Virus record (IMG/VR): IMGVR_UViG_3300044846_002556
Coordinates: 1 to 54,165 of that record
Direction: 5' to 3' (one strand)
Source of the DNA: a virus
Lineage: Duplodnaviria > Caudoviricetes
DNA length: 54,165 nt
The stretch's first letter is position 1. Each line of letters begins with the position of its first letter. Below are positions 47,407 to 54,165 of this stretch, piece by piece. Both the position numbers and the translations under genes were made by a program. The notes under the pieces are model-generated. The model did no database searches. It saw only the letters and a program-made list of their open reading frames with translations, and was not told the DNA's origin.

Positions 47407-47808
47407 ATGGCAACTCCTAATCGTTTTCAGTCAGGCTTTCGTCTTGAGGATGGTGACGCTCTTAATAAGGCGCTTGCTGGTCCCCAGTGGGAGACGAATT
47501 ATGGTATCACTGCTTTGGCTGGTGGTGCTTTATCATCGGCTACGCCGGTCCTAAGCCTTGGCGCGAATGTTGTCACGGTTGTGGCTACTGCGGGTGACAG
47601 CGTTGTTCTGCCGAGCGCGGTTGCGGGCAGCGTTGTTTACATGCTGAACGCCGATAGCGCGGACTCGGTGAAGGTTTACGCTAAGAGCCTCGACACCATC
47701 AACGGCACGGCGGGCGCGACTGGCGTTTCGTATGCGGCTGCGAAGCGTGTGCTTTTCATCGCTGTGACGAACGGCGTGTGGATTGCGAATGTGCTTGCTG
47801 CCAGCTAA
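47407..47808 (+). CDS. 133-aa structural protein homologous to the spike N-terminal domain
   Basis: Manual alignment with the N-terminus of 35335-37572. Confidence 0.7.
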   Translation: MATPNRFQSGFRLEDGDALNKALAGPQWETNYGITALAGGALSSATPVLSLGANVVTVVATAGDSVVLPSAVAGSVVYMLNADSADSVKVYAKSLDTINGTAGATGVSYAAAKRVLFIAVTNGVWIANVLAAS

Positions 47809-47828
47809 TATTTGGTAAAGGGTTTAAG

Positions 47829-49244
47829 ATGCCTCAGATCCAATTAGTTCAAGGTGCATATGAAGCGCGGAGCGTGATCGCAAATGCCCAGCGCTGCATC
47901 AATCTATACCCGGAACTAAATACAAAAGATGCTGAGGTGCCTTATACGCATTACTGCACCCCTGGGCTAGTTACGCTGGCTCAGGGGATTATTTCGGAAG
48001 TAAGACAACTTTACACCGCGAGCAATGGTTTGCTTTTTGCGGTGATTGGTAATCTGGTCTACTACGTGCCGGATAACTTTGTTTTGCAGGTGTTGGGGGC
48101 AATCAATACGCAGTCTGGTCTTGTGTCCATGTATGATAACAAGTTTGAAGTTATCATTCTGGATGGATCGACGATTGGCTGGAGCATTGATCTGACTACG
48201 CTGGCGTTTAATGTTTTTAATCCCACGAATTTTGTGGGTGGAAATCAAGTAAGATATATTGATACGTTTTTGGTATCGAGCACTTTGGATGGTAATATTC
48301 AGTCAAGTGACTCGAATGCCACGACCTACACCGCGTTGGCTGAAGCCACGATGTCGGGAGACGCTGACAGGCTCCAGATCATCGACGTGGTGCACAAGGA
48401 AATCTGGAGTTTTGGTCGAAGAACTACAGAAGTCTGGAGTAATGTCGGCGGGTTCCCGTTCCCCTTCTCGCCTATTCCCGGTGTTTTTCTGCAGCATGGT
48501 ATTGCGGCGTTAAGATCGCTGGCGAAGTGGGGCCTTAACATTTTCTGGCTTTCGCAGGACAACAACGGCGAAGCGTTGGTGATGATGGGCACGGCCTATA
48601 AGGCTGACATTATCTCGACTCCTGCCATCAGTGATGCCATCGGTGGGTATGAGACGATTAGTGATGCAATCGGGTTCACCTATCAGCAGGGCTCGCACAT
48701 TTTCTATGTGCTGACTTTTCCGACTGCCGATCATACTTGGGTTTACGATCTGTCCACCCAACTTTGGCATGAGCGGGCGTGGCTCGACAACAACGGGGCG
48801 CTCCATCGTCATCGTGCAAACTGCGTGGCTTTTGCTTACGGCAAAACAATCTGCGGTGACTGGCAAAACGGAAAACTTTATAACTGGGACCTTCACGCTT
48901 ACACGGATGATGGCGCTGCGATTATGCGGCTTCGCTCTTTCCCGCATCTTGTGAGCAGCCTTGACCGCATTAGCTATAAGCAATTCATGGCTGATATTGA
49001 GGTCGGCACGGAGCCTGATCCTGCGATTGACCCGTTTCTAAATCTCCGCTGGAGCGATGATCGTGGCGTGAGTTTTGGAAATGGTGTGCAGCAATCTTTA
49101 GGCAAGGTTGGACAATATCAAACTATTCCAAGTTGGAATAGACTGGGTTTTGCGAGAGATCGTGTTTTTGAGTTGTCGTGGACTGCTGCTTGCGCGACTG
49201 CGCTGAACGGCGCGTTCATTGATATTGAGAAGATGGAGACGTAG
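47829..49244 (+). CDS. Tail hub / DNA stabilisation protein (P22 gp10-like)
   Basis: CINLYPE, TPGL, FG..TTEVW.N.G, YQQ..H.FY.L.FP, WHER, WSDD.G, W.RLG..RDRVF. Confidence 0.85.
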   Translation: MPQIQLVQGAYEARSVIANAQRCINLYPELNTKDAEVPYTHYCTPGLVTLAQGIISEVRQLYTASNGLLFAVIGNLVYYVPDNFVLQVLGAINTQSGLVSMYDNKFEVIILDGSTIGWSIDLTTLAFNVFNPTNFVGGNQVRYIDTFLVSSTLDGNIQSSDSNATTYTALAEATMSGDADRLQIIDVVHKEIWSFGRRTTEVWSNVGGFPFPFSPIPGVFLQHGIAALRSLAKWGLNIFWLSQDNNGEALVMMGTAYKADIISTPAISDAIGGYETISDAIGFTYQQGSHIFYVLTFPTADHTWVYDLSTQLWHERAWLDNNGALHRHRANCVAFAYGKTICGDWQNGKLYNWDLHAYTDDGAAIMRLRSFPHLVSSLDRISYKQFMADIEVGTEPDPAIDPFLNLRWSDDRGVSFGNGVQQSLGKVGQYQTIPSWNRLGFARDRVFELSWTAACATALNGAFIDIEKMET

Positions 49245-49245
49245 G

Positions 49246-49497
49246 ATGCTTCGTGCGCTCGTCCCAAACTCCTTGAAGAACCTGATACAGCCGGATGGGT
49301 CTATTTCCCGACAATTACAGCTTTTGCTTACCGCTTTGGTTGCAAATTCTGTCCCGGTAACGGAAAATGCGACCACTGGTGCGCCCTTGGCGGGGGCGGT
49401 TTTGTTGCCGAATGCAGCTAAAATTCCCCCCGGATGGACACAAATAGACACACTGACCATAGGTGCGAACACCTATAAAGTCATAACGCTTAGTTAG
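49246..49497 (+). CDS. Hypothetical tail-associated protein
   Basis: ORF between the gp10-like and ejection genes. Confidence 0.55.
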   Translation: MLRALVPNSLKNLIQPDGSISRQLQLLLTALVANSVPVTENATTGAPLAGAVLLPNAAKIPPGWTQIDTLTIGANTYKVITLS

Positions 49498-49506
49498 GAG
49501 AGCGGT

Positions 49507-50376
49507 ATGGACCCTGTAACACTAGCAATGATGGGCGGCACCGCGCTCTCTGGTATCGGTAGTATTTTAGGCGCTGGGACGCAGGCCAGATCGGCACAAA
49601 GTGCTGGGCAGATGGGTTGGCTTGGCTCCTTGTTGGCCGCACAGGCTGCGGATCAGGGCTATCAACGGGCGCAGACGGCCCTTTCGCCTTATACGACTGC
49701 TGGCTCGAAGTCGATGGAACTTCTGCAGTCCTATCTGACCGGCGATGCTGCGCAAAAGGCTGGCGTCGGTGGTGGCGGTCCGTCGCTGATTAGCACCTTT
49801 CAGCCTACGCAAGCGCAGCTTGAACAGACTCCAGGTTATCAGTGGGCACGGAGTCAGGCGCTTGGTGCGATGTCAAACGCCGGAGCGGCGAGGGGCCTTG
49901 GCACTTCTGGCAATCTGGTTCAGCAAATCGGCCAGACTGCAACAGGGCTTGCCTCGCAGACCTTTCAAGATCAGTTGAAAAACTATCTTGCTCAAAATCA
50001 GCAAGCCTACAATATGCTTTACGGGCCGTCCCAGTTGGGCGCGTCTGCGGCGGGTGGCATTGCTAATGCGGCGATGGGCGCGGCGGGGCAGATCGGACAG
50101 GCTGCGACGGGCGCAGGAACTGCATTGGGCCAAGGCATCATGGGTGCAGGCAATGCCATGGCGCAAGGCACAAATGCGCTTTTCGGCGGCATCGGCTCGG
50201 CTGCGTCCATTCCGTATTTTGCTGCGAACTTTGGTCAACGTCAGACGGGCACGACTGGTTCGCCCACGACCGGCGCTCCGGCTGGACTTTTCGATTGGTT
50301 CGGGGCTGGAACTCCGACACGCCAGATGAACCCAATGAATTACGGTCCGCAACTCCCCGGCATTGGCGGCTACTAA
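49507..50376 (+). CDS. DNA ejection protein (P22 gp7-like)
   Basis: G/A/Q-rich; L.PY..AG, PGYQ, A.A.G...SG, LASQ. Confidence 0.75.
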   Translation: MDPVTLAMMGGTALSGIGSILGAGTQARSAQSAGQMGWLGSLLAAQAADQGYQRAQTALSPYTTAGSKSMELLQSYLTGDAAQKAGVGGGGPSLISTFQPTQAQLEQTPGYQWARSQALGAMSNAGAARGLGTSGNLVQQIGQTATGLASQTFQDQLKNYLAQNQQAYNMLYGPSQLGASAAGGIANAAMGAAGQIGQAATGAGTALGQGIMGAGNAMAQGTNALFGGIGSAASIPYFAANFGQRQTGTTGSPTTGAPAGLFDWFGAGTPTRQMNPMNYGPQLPGIGGY

Positions 50377-50387
50377 GGAATTAAAAG

Positions 50388-51848
50388 ATGGCTGATGGCA
50401 TTCCGTATCCGCAGGCTCCGACCTATAGTGCGCCGAACCCTCTGCAGCAGATGGAGCAATTTCAGGCTCTTGGTCTGCGTGGTGCAGAAATGCAGCGCGT
50501 TCAACAGGCCGTTGAGCAGCAGGAACTTGTAAATAAGTCGAAGCGCGCGATTGGCGGCCTGGCGCAACATGCTTTGGACCCTGCGACGGGTGAAGTTGAC
50601 ATGCACAAATTGCTGGGCATGGCGGCGCAGCACCCAGATGCGGCTTTGGGGTATGTGGATTTAGCACAGCAGGCTCTCAACATGGGCCTTGTTGACGCGC
50701 AGCGGCACAATCAGCAGCTTGAGGCACAGGCGAAAGAATTAGATTTCACCGCAAAAGCCATGGCTGGCCTCGCAGATGACCCGGACGTTCGGGATAATTC
50801 ACCTGCCGCCAATGGCAAAATCTTCGGAGCCTTTGCACAGATCGGTATGGCGACTGGCAAGCCGCGCAACTGGGCAATGCAGCAAGTTCTTAACTATCAG
50901 CAACTGCAGCAAAAAGGCGGTGTCATGCCGTCGCAGTTTGTAAAGAACGCTTTGGCGGGCTCGGAAGCCGGACGTGCTGCGACCACGCAGGCGATGGAAA
51001 AGTTTAAGACGATGACCGAGCCTGTTCAGGTCGTGGAATATGACCCGGTGACAGGTGAAAGAGTGCCTACGACTATTCCGCGTTCGGAATGGATGAAACG
51101 ACAGGCTGCTCGCGGAAATCTTGTTGGTGTTGGGTCGGCTCCTCCTGGCACCGCAAGTAGGCAGGGAGAGTCACCCTCGGCTCTCCCTGCTGCCGACTAT
51201 GCCCAGCGTAGTGTGGCGACGGGACTTCCAGCTGGTGAAGCGGAAGCGATCAAGGGGCAGACCGACGCATGGAACAAACTGCGTGGTGAAGTGCAGGAAG
51301 GGGCGCAGAACGCGACCGCCAGCATGATGCAGATTGAGGACATGGAAGGGAAATTGAAAAGCATGGGGTATCGGACTGGCACGTTCAGCCCGGAACAACT
51401 CCAGTTGGCGAAGGCCGCGCTGTTCTTTGATCCGCAGGATACGAGCGGCGCGCTTAACGCTGTGCTTGGCACGAAGGACCCGAAAGAGGCTGCTAAAGTT
51501 ATCGGCACGATGGAGGCGTTTGATAAGCAAGCGATCATCCAGAAAACCGAGGCGCTTCGCACGGCCATGGGCTCTGCGAACAAACTTACAAACACTGAGT
51601 TCAAGACTTTCCAAGATGCACTTGTTGGTCTGCGGACTTCGCCGCAAGGCATTCAGGAAATCTATAAATACATGACCAAGCTGAACAAGATCGTGCAGGA
51701 ACGTGCGAACTTTCTTGAAGATTATACTGCAGAACTTGGTCATACGCCTCATGGCAGGGACGCGGTGCGGTTTGAAAAAGAATGGTTTGAGTTTGTGAAG
51801 CGCCACCCGCAGCTTTACAAATACGAAGGGCCGAAGGGAGAAGAATGA
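50388..51848 (+). CDS. DNA ejection protein (gp20-like)
   Basis: Q/A-rich helical protein in syntenic position. Confidence 0.6.
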   Translation: MADGIPYPQAPTYSAPNPLQQMEQFQALGLRGAEMQRVQQAVEQQELVNKSKRAIGGLAQHALDPATGEVDMHKLLGMAAQHPDAALGYVDLAQQALNMGLVDAQRHNQQLEAQAKELDFTAKAMAGLADDPDVRDNSPAANGKIFGAFAQIGMATGKPRNWAMQQVLNYQQLQQKGGVMPSQFVKNALAGSEAGRAATTQAMEKFKTMTEPVQVVEYDPVTGERVPTTIPRSEWMKRQAARGNLVGVGSAPPGTASRQGESPSALPAADYAQRSVATGLPAGEAEAIKGQTDAWNKLRGEVQEGAQNATASMMQIEDMEGKLKSMGYRTGTFSPEQLQLAKAALFFDPQDTSGALNAVLGTKDPKEAAKVIGTMEAFDKQAIIQKTEALRTAMGSANKLTNTEFKTFQDALVGLRTSPQGIQEIYKYMTKLNKIVQERANFLEDYTAELGHTPHGRDAVRFEKEWFEFVKRHPQLYKYEGPKGEE

Positions 51849-54165
51849 TGGCAAGAAATTTTGACGTTTCTTACAATCCTCTCCAGACGCTCAAGGCTGG
51901 CATCGGTCGGGTTGAAAGTGGCAATAACTATCAGGCGCTTGGTCAGGAAATTAAGCGCAAGGGTGGAACGACAGATCGCGCTTATGGCAAATATCAGGTC
52001 ATGGGCGCGAATATTCCGTCTTGGACTGAGCAAGCCCTTGGCCGCAAGCTGACGCCTTTTGAGTTTTTGCACAGCCCGGAAGCACAAGAGGCTGTGTTTG
52101 AAAACCAGATGATTAACAACTTGCATAAGTATGGCAATCTGCAGGACGCTGCGTCGGTGTGGTTTTCGGGAAGGCCCTTAGCGCAAGCCCAGAAGGCTGG
52201 TGCACACGACATCAACATGGGTGTTGGGCAATACGTTGCCTCTGCATTAGGGCCGCAGGCTGGGGCTGCGCCGGGTGTGCAAGTTGCTGGTGGAGATCAG
52301 GCACTTTTTGATCGTTTACAGGCTCGTGCTGCACAGCGTTTGAGCCCGGAAGTGCAGGGCGAAGTCACGGCTGGTGTGCCGGGGGCGGAAGATGCTTTTG
52401 CTCGTTTGCAAGAACGTGCTGCCCAGCGCCTCACACCTACGCCGTTGCCAGAACAAGCACCTGTTTCTGTGCCTCATCCGGCACCGCCGATTAGTGTCAC
52501 CCCGCCGCCGTCACCTGTTCCCCCGGTTGAGTGGGGAGCGGGTAAGGAATTTTTGAATGCTGTTACGATGGGCGCGGTGCCATCGGTCATGGCTGCGACA
52601 GGGCCTTATACGACGCAGCAAGTTCAAGCGGCGCGCAAGGCTTATGAGCAGGAATATCCGTATCGGAGCGCTGCGGCTGAAATCGGCGGCGGCATTGCAC
52701 AAGGCATTGGGTTGGCGGCGGCGGCTCCTTATGCCGGGGCGGCGCTATTAGGTTCTAAGGCCATACAGGCGCTTCCTTATGTGTCGAAGGCCCTTCCCTA
52801 TGTCGAACGCCTTGCTGCCTATCGTCCGGGCATGGCAGGGCCGTTTCCAAGCGGCGGATACGTGGCGAAGCCCGGAGTGTCGGGTGCGGTCGAGCGCCTT
52901 GTGGGTGGCGGCGCTATTGGCGCAGGCAAGGGTGCCACACAGGCAGCGCTCAATGTCGGCGTTCACCCGGAAGTCCCGGCTGGCGAGCAGATCGCCACGG
53001 GCGCTACGATGGGAGCATTTGCCGAACCTGCCGCCCGTTACATGATGGGCGCTGCCGGTCCTGCTATGGCCCCTCGCATTGAGGAGCCTGTGCGTGACAT
53101 TGGCCGCATGGCGCAAGGCAAATACAATATCTCCTTGATGCCTTGGCAGTTGTCGAACATGCCTGCCGAGCAGCAGCTTTCTAGCAAGTTGCTGACGCCG
53201 GAAGTTGCCACCAAACAGGCGAAGGAATTTAGTAAGGCTGTCGGGGATTTGTTTGGGCACACTGGTGAGTTCACGCCACGGGCTATCGAAGTGACGCGAG
53301 ACGCCATTGGCAAAGACATCAGCAACATCGCTAAGAATACCCCCATAAACCTTACAACGACTGGTCTGGGCCGCACTGTTCGTCGTGACATCGACGCGCT
53401 TGTGCATCAGGCCATCACGACTGTAAGCGATCCTGCGGACTTGAACAAAATCCTCCGCACCATCGCTCATGTGGACAATGCGGTTTTCCAAAAAGGTCTG
53501 CGTGGCGATGTGATCCAGAACTTAGTCCAGAAAAATGGCACGATCAATCACGGGCTGCCGCCCACAAGCAACTCTCTCTATCAGTTCTATAACACCCAAC
53601 TCCAGCGCATCGCTGACAAAGTGTTTGATGGGGCGACAATTCCTGGCAAGGCTGACGCTTGGCGTGACGCCAGACGGAAATACAAAACCGCGCTTATGGC
53701 TGAAGATGCGGCGACCGTCGCTGGCATTCTCGACCCGAAGAAGTTTGCGTCTGCGGCTGAAAAGAAAGGCGCAGGCGGGGCGGAACGTGAATTGCAGGAC
53801 ATCGGCAATGTCATGTTCAGTGTGAATGAAAAAGGTATGCCGATTGTGCCGGGGCGGGCGCAGGAAGGAAGATTTTTTGAAAATCCGATGGTCCAGATTT
53901 TGGGCGCGGCTGTGGCACCTTATGCGGCTGGCAGCATGTCGGAGTTGGGACAAGCGGCGCTTTCGACCATCGGCTTTAGCTCGTTGACGGCGGCTGCTGG
54001 CGGTGCGGCCCTTGCGGCTGCGCGTTACGGCGGGGCCAAAGGCTTTGAGGCTGCAAAACATCGCATGTTGACTTCGCCCTATTATTCCCGTGCAATCATG
54101 CAAGGCGAGGCCCCTGCGCTACATAATGTGCTTGCCGGACCTGTCGGTGTGTCGGGCGCGGTTAG
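51848..54165 (+). CDS. Large ejection protein with an N-terminal lytic transglycosylase/lysozyme-like domain; continues across the junction to a stop at 191-193 (~784 aa)
   Basis: Manual translation MARNFDV..VESGNNYQA..AYGKYQVM..N..W; frame preserved across the repeat; absent from the ORF track. Confidence 0.8.
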   Translation, partial: MARNFDVSYNPLQTLKAGIGRVESGNNYQALGQEIKRKGGTTDRAYGKYQVMGANIPSWTEQALGRKLTPFEFLHSPEAQEAVFENQMINNLHKYGNLQDAASVWFSGRPLAQAQKAGAHDINMGVGQYVASALGPQAGAAPGVQVAGGDQALFDRLQARAAQRLSPEVQGEVTAGVPGAEDAFARLQERAAQRLTPTPLPEQAPVSVPHPAPPISVTPPPSPVPPVEWGAGKEFLNAVTMGAVPSVMAATGPYTTQQVQAARKAYEQEYPYRSAAAEIGGGIAQGIGLAAAAPYAGAALLGSKAIQALPYVSKALPYVERLAAYRPGMAGPFPSGGYVAKPGVSGAVERLVGGGAIGAGKGATQAALNVGVHPEVPAGEQIATGATMGAFAEPAARYMMGAAGPAMAPRIEEPVRDIGRMAQGKYNISLMPWQLSNMPAEQQLSSKLLTPEVATKQAKEFSKAVGDLFGHTGEFTPRAIEVTRDAIGKDISNIAKNTPINLTTTGLGRTVRRDIDALVHQAITTVSDPADLNKILRTIAHVDNAVFQKGLRGDVIQNLVQKNGTINHGLPPTSNSLYQFYNTQLQRIADKVFDGATIPGKADAWRDARRKYKTALMAEDAATVAGILDPKKFASAAEKKGAGGAERELQDIGNVMFSVNEKGMPIVPGRAQEGRFFENPMVQILGAAVAPYAAGSMSELGQAALSTIGFSSLTAAAGGAALAAARYGGAKGFEAAKHRMLTSPYYSRAIMQGEAPALHNVLAGPVGVSGAV
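54010..54165. repeat. Terminal direct repeat, copy 2
   Basis: Matches 1-156. Confidence 0.97.

Overview
This window is an essentially complete ~54.0 kb dsDNA tailed-phage genome, circularly permuted: bases 1-156 repeat at 54010-54165, giving a unit length of 54009 bp. It has two arms. The leftward arm (1.3-25.2 kb, minus strand) carries replication, repair and early genes: a DUF3987-type ATPase/helicase, a family-A DNA polymerase split into a UDG+exonuclease gene and a polymerase gene, an Acb2/Tad1-like protein, a ParB-methyltransferase fusion, SSB/AAA/PD-(D/E)XK recombination genes, UvrD, HIRAN, a DenV-like glycosylase and many small ORFs. The rightward arm (25.5 kb through the end and wrapping to 1.3 kb, plus strand) carries a TerS-like gene, a lysis cassette, a collagen fibre plus GT2-TPR glycosyltransferase, a beta-helix spike, TerL and a P22-like podovirus morphogenesis set (portal, scaffold, coat, gp4/gp10-like proteins, three ejection proteins, collar fibre). 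I saw no integrase, repressor module, RNA polymerase, primase, tRNA or CRISPR array. The spanins imply a diderm host; an alphaproteobacterial host is only a guess. The most notable observations are: (1) a shared acidic-hydrophobic C-terminal tag (DDLLxDF-like) on about 8 unrelated early proteins; (2) a BclA/SgtA-like collagen-glycosylation pair; (3) virion-type proteins with Sec-like signal peptides and cysteine pairs; (4) the polymerase split inside its exonuclease active site, with His at position 762; (5) a 275-bp symmetric ori/pac-like element and a dispersed GGNNCTAA(C) motif overlapping promoters; (6) a candidate anti-Shine-Dalgarno small RNA. All family assignments come from motif recognition, not from database searches.
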